A DNA stretch of 63,739 nucleotides, filler included, from Octopus bimaculoides (taxonomy: Eukaryota): assembly GCF_001194135.2 (NCBI RefSeq). It is 9 parts of 9 records of this genome, joined end to end, with 100 filler letters (N's around TTAATTAATTAA, not from the genome) between each part and the next. Parts side by side here need not be neighbours in the genome. Positions count along the whole stretch, not along the records: positions 1 to 15,364 come from NC_068990.1; positions 15,465 to 31,210 come from NC_068988.1; 7 more parts are not named here. One strand, given 5' to 3'. This document shows positions 11,930 to 24,879 of this stretch, one piece after another. The first letter of the stretch is position 1. Each line of letters starts with the position of its first letter. The notes under the pieces were generated by a model. It did not search any database and was not told the origin of the DNA. It saw only the letters and a list, made by a program, of their open reading frames with translations. Both the position numbers and the translations under genes were made by a program.

Positions 11930-12985
11930 AGGCTAATAGGGAAATGGATGACTTTAAAAGAGTATCCCTAAACCTCTGCAGCTGACATTCTTGACCATCC
12001 AAGTAGACAGTACCAGGATTTGCCTGATGAAAATAAAAATGAAATCCAGTGCCTTCTTTACATGAAGAATAAGTTTATCAATATTGTCAGAAGTGACTCA
12101 AACTTATTGTCAAAGGCTCAAGCTGTGCACTCATGTAGAAGGGTACACCAGGAAAAAAAAATTAAGGATTATGAAAAATAACTGGGTTCAAGAATGGGTT
12201 AAGAAGACAGAAATGTTTGTTAACACAAATAATACAAAAAAACCCTGTTTTTAAAGACTGTACGATTTTATGTCCCAAATTATGAGGGTGTTTTAGCTAT
12301 TCTTACAGCAAATGGAAGTATACATATCACAGGCATAGAAGCTATATGTGAATGACCAATGGGCTGAAAACTTTCCTTTCAAAATATTCTGTAAAAAAGA
12401 AGAAACTATGAGGCATAAATGAGAAATCTATTGACAATCTGGGGCAGATGCTCATCAATCTGGCTCTTAGTGAAGTTCCTAACTCTTTTGAGATCAATTC
12501 TGTTATAAGGTTACTGTACTGTAACAAGGCACCAGGTGTTGACTTAATTATTGCTGAATATCCCATAGGGTGGTGAAATGCACACTGAAAAACTAACTGT
12601 GCTGTCTACTTTTGTGTGATCAGTGGGCAACACTTCACAGGAGTTCAAGTATGTTACAATTATTCAGTTTTATATACAAGAACAAAGGTGATAGTTATAC
12701 AAAAGCTAGAAGCATTTTCCTCATGTAGAATGATGGCAAAATCTTGGTGAGAATATTCCTAAATTACATCAATAACCATCTCACCACCTACAATCATCTG
12801 CATGAAAGCTAATGTGGTTTCCTTGGTGAAATGGTCATTGCTAATATGGTAAAACAATGCCAGAAGAAGAGTGTAGAGCAGGTACAATACCTGAATATAA
12901 GTATTTTGTTAACACAAAAATGCATTTGAAAAAGTGTTGTGGGAGTTGTTAAAAAAGTTAAGAATACCTGCAAAATTTAGGTGTA
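11930..12985 (+). mobile_element. Degenerate RTE-clade LINE (linker plus N-terminal RT)
   Basis: ADILDHPSRQYQDLPDENKNEIQCLL..., WAENF, NKAPGVDLIIAE (KAPG at 12526), LYKNKGD..GKILVRIFLN..HES*CGF..KNAFEKVLWELLKKLRIPAKF, with stops and frameshifts. Confidence 0.85.
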
Positions 12986-13162
12986 CAGGTATGTACATGA
13001 ATATGATGAGCTAATTTTGTGATAACATACATTAAACAATGGTGAAAATTTGAAATCCCTAATATCCAAAAGCAGCAAAAAGTGTTGTGCATTAGTACCA
13101 ATCACTTAGAGTAAATACAGAGTCTAGTTACACACACTGTCACACAGATATACACACACATG

Positions 13163-13199
<37 letters not shown>

Positions 13200-14021
13200 A
13201 ATTTTTCTATATGTGATAGTGGATTTTCATCGATGAGTTCTTGAAAATTGGTTATTTTCCCTAAAACTATATATANNNNNNNNNNTATATATATATATAT
13301 ATATAAAGTAGTTGTATATTATATGTAAATGTATCTATTTATATACTCATATATACTGGTATATATACGTACACATGTATGCATTCTTCTTCCAGTAAAG
13401 TACAGAATAAGAAAATTTTTGCTTAAAATATTGTACCTAAGGATAAAATTTCAAATACACTATTTCAATTTAGAAAATATAAGCTTTTATGAAAACTAAA
13501 AATGTTATTACTTCTATTTGCTATTATTTGTTACTTCTATTAAAAATTAAAAATAACTCAAAATATTTTTTGCACTTTAAGAAAATTATTTGCACTTTAA
13601 AAAAATTAATAATTAGAAATTTGAAAATATGTTATAAAAGATAATAGTAGTACATAATTAGTGCAATAAATAGAATAATAGAAAATTTAGTTATACATTG
13701 CATTAAAATCTACCTATAACAACAAATTCATTGTAAAATTTGCTTCAGCTCCTGCCTAAGTTATTGCCAAGTCTTCACATTTTCAGTCTTGACCTAATGC
13801 CTATTTTTTAGATAATGAATTTGCCTACCATGTATACTATTCTACTAAGCGTTTCAATATGTATGTGTGTGTGTATATATGTGTATATATATGTATGCAT
13901 ATGTATATATATATGTGTGTGTATATATATATATATATATAGATAGATAGATTGATAGATAGATAGATATGTATATGTTTGTATACATGTATATATATAT
14001 ATGTGTGCATATATATGTGTG

Positions 14022-14058
<37 letters not shown>

Positions 14059-14072
14059 ATGACGATGATGAT

Positions 14073-14350
14073 ATGCATGGCTTAGTGGTTAGGGTGTTGC
14101 ACTCATGATTGCGAGATTGTGGGTTCGCTTCCAAAACTGGGCTTTGCATTGTGTCCTTGAGCAAAGCATTTCATTTCACACTACTCTGCTATCATTTCAA
14201 TATCTGACAAATGGCACCCAGTTGCACCTGTACAGGTAATGTTGATCTGATGGATGGAATGAGCTTATGTCTACACAAACATTTGATCACTATAAACAAA
14301 TCATCTGTGTGGTTGTTCAGTAAGAAATTGTCGAACACTCATACGTCGTC
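14073..14350 (+). mobile_element. SINE, family C
   Basis: tRNA-like head gcatggcttagtggttagggtgttgcactc...gggttcgcttcc; core ccttgagcaaagcatttcatttcac. Confidence 0.75.
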
Positions 14351-14394
14351 TAACAACTGGAGAATCCATTGTTATTATTACATATATATATATG

Positions 14395-14440
<46 letters not shown>

Positions 14441-14750
14441 TGTTGGGCTTCTTTTGGTTTGTGTTTAACCAAATTCACTCCATCAGTGTGGAGTGATAGT
14501 AGGAAAAAAGTGACTGTGGTGTATGCAATGAGTTTGAACCCAGAACCATGTGTCTAAGAAGCAAACTTCTTACCACACAACCACATCCTATGTACGTATG
14601 CCAACTCACAAACACATGCACATACACACACACACATATACATACATACATGCATACATGTGTGTGTGTGTGTATGTGTGTGCATACATTTGCATGTAAT
14701 TATATATGGATATACATATATGCACAAATATTTACATCCAGTTATATGTA

Positions 14751-14788
<38 letters not shown>

Positions 14789-15364
14789 ATGCACATACAC
14801 ACACGCACACATATTTGTATGTAATTTCATTCATATATCATCATCATTTAACATCCCGCTTTTCCATGCTGTCATGGATTGGACAGTTGAAGTATACTTT
14901 TATGCAGGGATATACAAACAGATATGCTTGTATATACTATTGTTGTTGATATTATTATTGTTATTGTTGTTGTGCTTGATGTTATTATTATTACTATTAT
15001 TATTACTCTTATTGTTATTTCTGCTGATATTATTAATATCATTATTATTAATATTATTATTATTATTTTATGTTTGACTTTTGTTTTGCATTTGTACAAG
15101 TTGGATCCAAGTCTCACTCAGAGACCTCAAGAGACAACAAGTTAGAAGTTCATGTAGGTGTTATGCCTAGGGTACCATATATTTGGATTTGTACAGTTTT
15201 GTTCTAGTGAATGTTTAAGAAACCATAAGAAAATTATGTGTTTGTTTTAAAATTTGAGATCACATAGACAGTATTTTACGTAGGATATGGGCAGTTCCCA
15301 TGAGCACTATCTTTTGAACTTCAGCCATTTTGGGGTTTCCTGGTATCTGAGCTAGGTAGTAATC

Positions 15365-15464
15365 NNNNNNNNNNNNNNNNNNNNNNNNNNNNNNNNNNNN
15401 NNNNNNNNTTAATTAATTAANNNNNNNNNNNNNNNNNNNNNNNNNNNNNNNNNNNNNNNNNNNN
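15365..15464. other. Artificial 100-bp scaffolding spacer N44-TTAATTAATTAA-N44
   Basis: The same 12-mer, embedded in N runs, recurs at 31255, 41588, 47314, 49665, 53517, 60132 and 62037. It has stops in all six frames. Confidence 0.95.
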
Positions 15465-15511
<47 letters not shown>

Positions 15512-15667
15512 AAGAAAGTTAGGGGTTGTGAATCCAACCCACTAAGGGATAATAACTATCCAATATACTGCCGGAAGAATACCCAATTGTTATTACACTA
15601 GTGATTTTTCTTTGTATTACCAAGTGCAATAAATGGATGCGGGTAAAAAGATATTTTACCATTAATT

Positions 15668-16109
15668 TATATAGCAATAATAAAATGGAGGGGAATTGGT
15701 GGTATTCATCAACTTGCAGATATTGTATTGTGTCAATTTACATGTTTATTTGTTTACTAAAAGGACAATACAGCTGTTTCAGTCTAGTGGTGACATGCCT
15801 CATTCGATCTATATAACTCCAGCAGGCTGAAGTAATTGATAGATGAAATAGAGGTATATTACTTCAGTATACTGGAGTTATATAGATATAATGAGGCATG
15901 TCACCTCTAGGCTGAAACAGCTAAGTCATTATCCCATTTTCTGTCACTAGATGTCCTTTTTTAATTACTGATATGACATATGTCGCATGTGTTTGTATAT
16001 TGTTATTATTGTCCTTTTAGTAAACAAATAAACAGGTAAATTGACACAATACAATATCTGCAAGTTGATGAATACCACCAATTCCCCTCCATTTTCTTAT
16101 TGCTATATA
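15668..16109. repeat. Long inverted repeat with a degenerate hammerhead-like motif (probable PLE-derived element)
   Basis: Outer arms 15668-15770/16007-16109 (2 mismatches) and inner arms 15772-15835/15858-15922. Each arm carries ATGA-GGC..GCT/ACT-GAAACAGCT. Confidence 0.8.
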
Positions 16110-19100
16110 TANNNNNNNNNNNNNNNNNNNNNNNNNNNNNNNNNNNNNNNNNNNNNNNNNNNNNNNNNNNNNNNNNNNNNNNNNNNNNNNNNNNNNNNNN
16201 NNNNNNNNNNNNNNNNNNNNNNNNNNNNNNNNNNNNNNNNNNNNNNNNNNNNNNNNNNNNNNNNNNNNNNNNNNNNNNNNNNNNNNNNNNNNNNNNNNNN
16301 NNNNNNNNNNNNNNNNNNNNNNNNNNNNNNNNNNNNNNNNNNNNNNNNNNNNNNNNNNNNNNNNNNNNNNNNNNNNNNNNNNNNNNNNNNNNNNNNNNNN
16401 NNNNNNNNNNNNNNNNNNNNNNNNNNNNNNNNNNNNNNNNNNNNNNNNNNNNNNNNNNNNNNNNNNNNNNNNNNNNNNNNNNNNNNNNNNNNNNNNNNNN
16501 NNNNNNNNNNNNNNNNNNNNNNNNNNNNNNNNNNNNNNNNNNNNNNNNNNNNNNNNNNNNNNNNNNNNNNNNNNNNNNNNNNNNNNNNNNNNNNNNNNNN
16601 NNNNNNNNNNNNNNNNNNNNNNNNNNNNNNNNNNNNNNNNNNNNNNNNNNNNNNNNNNNNNNNNNNNNNNNNNNNNNNNNNNNNNNNNNNNNNNNNNNNN
16701 NNNNNNNNNNNNNNNNNNNNNNNNNNNNNNNNNNNNNNNNNNNNNNNNNNNNNNNNNNNNNNNNNNNNNNNNNNNNNNNNNNNNNNNNNNNNNNNNNNNN
16801 NNNNNNNNNNNNNNNNNNNNNNNNNNNNNNNNNNNNNNNNNNNNNNNNNNNNNNNNNNNNNNNNNNNNNNNNNNNNNNNNNNNNNNNNNNNNNNNNNNNN
16901 NNNNNNNNNNNNNNNNNNNNNNNNNNNNNNNNNNNNNNNNNNNNNNNNNNNNNNNNNNNNNNNNNNNNNNNNCACCACCACAACCACTTTCACAATCACT
17001 CTAAACATTCTCACCGATACCTCAATGCATCATCAGCACCATTCCCCCATTTCCTGTCTAAGAGCACAAGAATCAGCACCAGCGCCACTACACTTACCAC
17101 CCTCATCATCCTCTTCACCGCCATCTTCGCTGGCATTTTAAGAATATATTTCTAAAACAGGTGTAAGTCATTTGCTGTCCAGAGTCACCGAGAGTCTCGT
17201 CCTGAAAACGAGTTTGTTAAAGGTCGCTTCGCCATTCTACCTTTTGTCACTCATCAATAAACATTATCTTAGAAACATCTGAAGACTTCTGACTTCTCTT
17301 TCATCTTTTTGATACCATTCTTCCACTGACATTTCGCACAGCAGCTACACCTTATTTTCCCTCTATCTCTCTCACTTGCTCACTCTTCCTATTCCCCTAC
17401 CCTTCTCCTTCTATCTCTTACAATCTATTAAACGGTTTGTCTGTGTGCATGTATAGCTACACACTATAAGCACACAGAGCGCTGGAGGCAGAGAAGGGGA
17501 GTGGAGGAAGAGAGAGAGAAGAGAGAGGGCGAGCGAGAGAAGGAGAGAGAGGGCGAGCGAGAGAAGGAGAGGGAGAGAGAGGATTGGGGAGAGAGATTTT
17601 TATGATTGTCTCTGTGTGTGCATCTCTCTTTCTCTCTCTCTCTCTCTGTNNNNNNNNNNNNNNNNNNNNNNNNNNNNNNNNNNNNNNNNNNNNNNNNNNN
17701 NNNNNNNNNNNNNNNNNNNNNNNNNNNNNNNNNNNNNNNNNNNNNNNNNNNNNNNNNNNNNNNNNNNNNNNNNNNNNNNNNNNNNNNNNNNNNNNNNNNN
17801 NNNNNNNNNNNNNNNNNNNNNNNNNNNNNNNNNNNNNNNNNNNNNNNNNNNNNNNNNNNNNNNNNNNNNNNNNNNNNNNNNNNNNNNNNNNNNNNNNNNN
17901 NNNNNNNNNNNNNNNNNNNNNNNNNNNNNNNNNNNNNNNNNNNNNNNNNNNNNNNNNNNNNNNNNNNNNNNNNNNNNNNNNNNNNNNNNNNNNNNNNNNN
18001 NNNNNNNNNNNNNNNNNNNNNNNNNNNNNNNNNNNNNNNNNNNNNNNNNNNNNNNNNNNNNNNNNNNNNNNNNNNNNNNNNNNNNNNNNNNNNNNNNNNN
18101 NNNNNNNNNNNNNNNNNNNNNNNNNNNNNNNNNNNNNNNNNNNNNNNNNNNNNNNNNNNNNNNNNNNNNNNNNNNNNNNNNNNNNNNNNNNNNNNNNNNN
18201 NNNNNNNNNNNNNNNNNNNNNNNNNNNNNNNNNNNNNNNNNNNNNNNNNNNNNNNNNNNNNNNNNNNNNNNNNNNNNNNNNNNNNNNNNNNNNNNNNNNN
18301 NNNNNNNNNNNNNNNNNNNNNNNNNNNNNNNNNNNNNNNNNNNNNTTCAACTCCTTCAATTGTTTCTAGCCTTTTAAAAACCAACCCATTTCCTTCTTGA
18401 TGCCTGCTTTTGCTGTTGTGATTTGCTTTACACAGCACGACCAACCTTCATCTACAAGACATTATGGCACCACGGTTCTTAGAAAGTCTCTTTACGGCTG
18501 CCTGACCTCGATGAAATAGCAGCCAAATGTTCCTCAAATTGCACCGCTACTTTCTTTCAAGAACAAAGAGGATCAACACTGAATGATGAGCTTCCGTCTG
18601 TTCTCTTCGTAGAAAAGAAAAACGGGACGGGTAGCGGAGGAATGTCTTCAATCGTAGACCCGTTCTTTAAAACTGACGTTTGGATTAAATAACAGCAGAA
18701 TCACTCAACGGATGCATGTCATCCCTCCACCCGGTTGAGGAGTTCAGTGTTAACTTGACATGCACTAGATTTGTTGCTTTTGCTGATTATACAGTCCTGA
18801 CGGAAAGGCGTGTGGTCAAAGACATTGCAATATCGTCTACTTTCCAAACATAATGCAAACAGGATGACACTATTATACAGCCTCGGTCTCTGGATGACCG
18901 TTACTAAGAACGGAGATAATCACCCCTTCACAATGTGAATCGGGATTGGCAATTCCACGCCGGCATCTCTTCAGTTATCGGGCCATCGATAAAAATGCTA
19001 TGAAAATGACTGTTAAAACAAAGGGGAAATTACTGTGTGATTGACTGTTATTAAGACAAAAAAGCTATTAGAATGACTGCTAAGTAAGGGGATGGAGTAA

Positions 19101-19353
19101 AGGTAAGGAAGTAAAAATGTTCATTGTAATCGCGTAAGCGCGCGTGTCCATACATACACATGCGCGCCCGCACACCCACGTACGTGCGCCTATATGTATA
19201 TACTCATCGACCCTCACTTGAAACACACACATGCTCACCAACACATTCGCCAAAAAATATATATACATACCTGCAATACACGCTCTCACAAACCATCCGA
19301 AACTCGGAGTTTTATCATGGCTACCGAATAATTGTCACGTATTATATTTACAG

Positions 19354-19386
<33 letters not shown>

Positions 19387-19755
19387 TATTTTGTACTTCA
19401 TGCCCAAGCCGTTATATTTAATATATACAATTTGTTTATCCGCATAATTGCCTCCATATTTGTTCAACTTGTTCCCTCTTCTCGCCAAACTTTACCTCGC
19501 GGAATTGATCCACTGTAAAGAGAGATCGGAGTCCGAGTTTGAATCTTTTGAGAGCTATTAAGTGTCTTCCATACTAAGAGTCTCTAGATCTGTTGAATAC
19601 ATACATATATACATACATTCATGCAGAAATACATACATGCATACATACAAACGTATACACATATAGACGGGCGCGCGCGCACACACATAGCTTCTTGTTG
19701 TTGTTGTTAGTGGTATTGTCGCCATTACTGTTATTGCTATAACTACTCTTGTTTG

Positions 19756-19804
<49 letters not shown>

Positions 19805-20279
19805 AAGAGCGTCTTCCACTCAGCCGTGAATAGATATCTTTTCAATGCTTTCTAATATACGACATTCTGACAGAAAGAAAGAAAAACATTTACAACAGTC
19901 AGCCATCATCATCCAACACCGTCTTTGTTTTGTTTATTTTATTGTTAGCTTTTATTTGCTTTTTGTTATTATTCAGCTGTTTCTTCTTCTTCTTCTTCTT
20001 CTTGTACCCCTGCCGGAATCCAACACCCACGTTGAAAGGTTCGATTTAGCATCCGTTATACGAACACTAATACCTTGGCATTCGTAGAAGGGGATTCACG
20101 GCAACCAGAATTTTCCCGTTAACTCCAAACTCCTGCATTACCCTCAGCAATATGACCCGTGCTGTGCGGTCGAGCACTTGACAATATTCCTAGGAATTTT
20201 TAAAAACATGTACAGTAAATATTTTTGTTGGTTGTGCTGCGTAGCTACACGGTTGCTCATTTAATTTAGGCTTGACCCT

Positions 20280-20800
20280 ATCCCTGTCCCCTTTCCAAAT
20301 ACCTAGCGTAGACTTTATCGGGAGGCTCAACAAAGAGATTCTTTTATAATTAAAGCACTTATTTTGGGGTTCCCTTTTTAGAAATTAGGATTACCACTCC
20401 GGGTTGCCATTGATTTGGTGTTATTCTAGAGGTCCAATCATTTCAAGATTTTGACATTTCCAACCAAATTTCATCCTCTTCAGCGGTTTTCTCACCTTTG
20501 ACTGCCTTAATCGCATTGTGTCTTTTGCCTCTGCGAGGTTAGTCTTCGATCCAACTTGAGATCGATTGATTTTGTTATTACTTGGATTTAGGAGACCAGC
20601 AAAGTATTCTGCCCACCTTCCAAAGATGATCTTCTCTGTGGCGAGGAGAAATCAAGCCGAGTTCTTAATGGCAGGTGCGGAAGAGAAGAGCGTCTATTTA
20701 CGAAGTCGGCGGTTGATCTGCCGGAATATTTTATTGACCAATCGAAACTGAGAGATCAACCTCTCAAAGTCCTCGCGTAGCCTTGCAGATTTTTACTGCC
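20280..20800 (-). mobile_element. Degenerate RTE-clade LINE RT fragment
   Basis: RWAEYFAGLLNP..AIKAVKGEKTAEEDEIWLEM..WQPGVVILISKKG..NYKRISLLSLPDKVYARYLE. Confidence 0.85.
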
Positions 20801-21529
20801 TTTGCTGCTACTTGTGACTTTTTTTCGCCTGCCTCTTTCTCACTCAATACATAATGTATTTCTCAGTGATCCTGGATTAATACATTCAAGCAACCAGTCT
20901 ATAATCTATATGTAACATCCAAGGCGGCTATAGTTTCTCAACCATTTTTTTTGTGGGGGGGAGGTTTACCTATGGTCCCCTTTCATTTCCATTTTGTTCA
21001 GGTGGACCCTCATAACCATCCGATGTTTTAAAATTTCATTTATATTTTTATAATTAATTATTAGGAATTGTATAAAGAATAATTTTGAAACATTCTGTGT
21101 ATAACTAGTTTATCTATATTACATTAAAAATGAACTTCAATCTTGCTTGCCTTCAGGCTCTCCTGAAATGTGAATACAAACGGATTAAAACAAGTTTCGT
21201 GTAAATCGGACCCCAGTGGTTCTTGAGATATTAGTGGTTGGGGGGGGGTATAAATACCCAAAACGGTGCATAATGGGAAAATACTCGGAAAATATCTTAA
21301 CCCTGAAATGGAAGAAACTCTAACCTTTCGATTTAGACACATTAGTGACTTTAACTTGCCAACGAAAAAATACGAGTTATTTTTTTACAATAAATGCTTC
21401 TATTTTCGCTTTTGCTAGACATAATAAAGTGAATGTGATTTCAAAAATCTAAGTTGTTTGTACAGTAAAAGTATTTATATTTTAGCTTTCTTTATTTTCA
21501 AGTGAATATAGTGAGTGAATGATACAGTG

Positions 21530-21547
21530 AGACAGAGAAGAGAGAGA

Positions 21548-21589
<42 letters not shown>

Positions 21590-21738
21590 GTGAGTGAGTG
21601 AGTGAGATGGCGAATGATACAGAGGGACTGAGAAGAAAGAGAGACAGACAGACAGGTAGAGTGAGTGAGTGAATGAGTGAGTGATAGAGTATGTGAGTGA
21701 GTGAGTGAATGATACAGAGAGACTGAGGAGAGAGAGAG

Positions 21739-21782
<44 letters not shown>

Positions 21783-21800
21783 GCAATGAAAAGAGAAGGC
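21530..21800. repeat. (GA)n/(GAGT)n/(GACA)n compound microsatellite
   Basis: Directly visible. Confidence 0.9.
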
Positions 21801-22256
21801 GAAAGAGAACAAACATGAACATCTACATTGACTCAGAACCTCGCCTCTTACTATTTGTTTCACCTTCTTGTTCATAGTTGTTGTGATTGTTAGTCTTGTT
21901 ATTCCTGCTCTTCTTCTTCTTGTAGCGTTCTTCTTTTTCTTCATCTTAAACGGCTGTTTAACGACATGATTGAGAAAGCAGTAATAGCAGACGAACACAC
22001 TGAGACCAACTCCCCAAAGCCACATATTCACTTCGTCTCTTTTGTTCCAGTTCTACTCTACAGTTTATCTCAGCGTGACTCTACCTACAACTTCCTTGCT
22101 CTTCCATATTCTGTTTATACTCCCCTCCTCTTTCCTACACACTTTCACTTCTTCCAAACTTATCTTCTCTTAACAACAAACATACGTTCGCACTCATAAA
22201 CAACATAAATAACATATTGTATATAAATAACGATCTCTGCATATATCTATATCAAA

Positions 22257-22311
<55 letters not shown>

Positions 22312-24688
22312 CTCTCTCTCTCTCTCTCCTCTTTCGTACCATTCTCTCTCTCTCTTCCTCACTCTGTCTATTTCTTTATGATTTAAATATCTGCATAAAC
22401 TTACACACTCAACACAAACATTTACAACGGTATAAAATTACCTACAGGCAGCTATACACTCACACAGATGCTCGTATAAAACATATACGTATATGTATGT
22501 GTGTGCGTGTATATATATATATATATATGTGTGTGAGTGTATACCTGCCTGTAGGTAATTTTATACCGTTGTAAATGTTTGTGTTGAGTGTGTAANNNNN
22601 NNNNNNNNNNNNNNNNNNNNNNNNNNNNNNNNNNNNNNNNNNNNNNNNNNNNNNNNNNNNNNNNNNNNNNNNNNNNNNNNNNNNNNNNNNNNNNNNNNNN
22701 NNNNNNNNNNNNNNNNNNNNNNNNNNNNNNNNNNNNNNNNNNNNNNNNNNNNNNNNNNNNNNNNNNNNNNNNNNNNNNNNNNNNNNNNNNNNNNNNNNNN
22801 NNNNNNNNNNNNNNNNNNNNNNNNNNNNNNNNNNNNNNNNNNNNNNNNNNNNNNNNNNNNNNNNNNNNNNNNNNNNNNNNNNNNNNNNNNNNNNNNNNNN
22901 NNNNNNNNNNNNNNNNNNNNNNNNNNNNNNNNNNNNNNNNNNNNNNNNNNNNNNNNNNNNNNNNNNNNNNNNNNNNNNNNNNNNNNNNNNNNNNNNNNNN
23001 NNNNNNNNNNNNNNNNNNNNNNNNNNNNNNNNNNNNNNNNNNNNNNNNNNNNNNNNNNNNNNNNNNNNNNNNNNNNNNNNNNNNNNNNNNNNNNNNNNNN
23101 NNNNNNNNNNNNNNNNNNNNNNNNNNNNNNNNNNNNNNNNNNNNNNNNNNNNNNNNNNNNNNNNNNNNNNNNNNNNNNNNNNNNNNNNNNNNNNNNNNNN
23201 NNNNNNNNNNNNNNNNNNNNNNNNNNNNNNNNNNNNNNNNNNNNNNNNNNNNNNNNNNNNNNCCTACTTCTCTGTACGTCTCTTCACCTCTCTTCACTCC
23301 TATTTCTCTTCACTCCTACCTCTCTTCACTCCTACTTCTCTTCACTCCTACTTCTCTGCACTCCCACTTCTCTTCACCCCTACTCTTTCTCTCCTCTCTC
23401 TTACTCTTTTACTCTCTTACTCTTTTACTCTCTTACTCTCTCTCACTCTCTTCTCTCTTACTCTCCCCTCTCTCACTATTACTCTCTCACTCTTACTCTC
23501 TCACTCTTACTCTCTTACTCTCTCTCACTCTCTTCTCTCTTCCTCTCTCTCTCACTCTCTTCTCTCTTTCTCTCTCTCTCTCACTCTCACTCTCTTCTCT
23601 CTCACTCGCTTTCTCCCTCCTCCCATACCCACCTTCCCCCTCTCTTATATCCACCTTCCCCTTCCCCTTCATCGTCAACCCTCCCTCATAAGCTCATCCC
23701 ACTCCACCCCAACACACTCCTACTCTACCTTCCCACTCCACCCCATCCAATTCCTTACACCCACCCCCTACCCGCATACCCCTACCTNNNNNNNNNNNNN
23801 NNNNNNNNNNNNNNNNNNNNNNNNNNNNNNNNNNNNNNNNNNNNNNNNNNNNNNNNNNNNNNNNNNNNNNNNNNNNNNNNNNNNNNNNNNNNNNNNNNNN
23901 NNNNNNNNNNNNNNNNNNNNNNNNNNNNNNNNNNNNNNNNNNNNNNNNNNNNNNNNNNNNNNNNNNNNNNNNNNNNNNNNNNNNNNNNNNNNNNNNNNNN
24001 NNNNNNNNNNNNNNNNNNNNNNNNNNNNNNNNNNNNNNNNNNNNNNNNNNNNNNNNNNNNNNNNNNNNNNNNNNNNNNNNNNNNNNNNNNNNNNNNNNNN
24101 NNNNNNNNNNNNNNNNNNNNNNNNNNNNNNNNNNNNNNNNNNNNNNNNNNNNNNNNNNNNNNNNNNNNNNNNNNNNNNNNNNNNNNNNNNNNNNNNNNNN
24201 NNNNNNNNNNNNNNNNNNNNNNNNNNNNNNNNNNNNNNNNNNNNNNNNNNNNNNNNNNNNNNNNNNNNNNNNNNNNNNNNNNNNNNNNNNNNNNNNNNNN
24301 NNNNNNNNNNNNNNNNNNNNNNNNNNNNNNNNNNNNNNNNNNNNNNNNNNNNNNNNNNNNNNNNNNNNNNNNNNNNNNNNNNNNNNNNNNNNNNNNNNNN
24401 NNNNNNNNNNNNNNNNNNNNNNNNNNNNNNNNNNNNNNNNNNNNNNNNNNNNNNNNNNNNNNNNNNNNNNNNNNNNNNNNNNNNNNNNNNNNNNNNNNNN
24501 NNNNNNNNNNNNNNNNNNNNNNNNNNNNNNNNNNNNNNNNNNNNNNNNNNNNNNNNNNNNNNNNNNNNNNNNNNNNNNNNNNNNNNNNNNNNNNNNNNNN
24601 NNNNNNNNNNNNNNNNNNNNNNNNNNNNNNNNNNNNNNNNNNNNNNNNNNNNNNNNNNNNNNNNNNNNNTATATATATATGCATGTAC

Positions 24689-24738
<50 letters not shown>

Positions 24739-24879
24739 TTTTTTCTTTGAGTTTTATTTAAGTTCTTGAAAGAATTCAAGCCGGTCGCTAACAAAGCGAC
24801 AAGGCTTTTTGAATTAAGAGAGTTTCCAGTGTTTGTAAATATGAGGTTGAGTTGCTGTGTTTGGTTGGATTGTCGATGC

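Noticed and set aside
14073-14150. tRNA gene-like sequences (also at 3120, 42283 and 49350)
   Set aside because: They are tRNA-derived SINE heads continuing into SINE bodies, with no complete cloverleaf.
18420-19000. Possible LINE endonuclease remnant
   Set aside because: No convincing APE motifs could be read.
22402-22595. Near-perfect 66-bp inverted repeat
   Set aside because: It ends exactly at a contig edge, so it is more likely an assembly or library fold-back; needs long reads.
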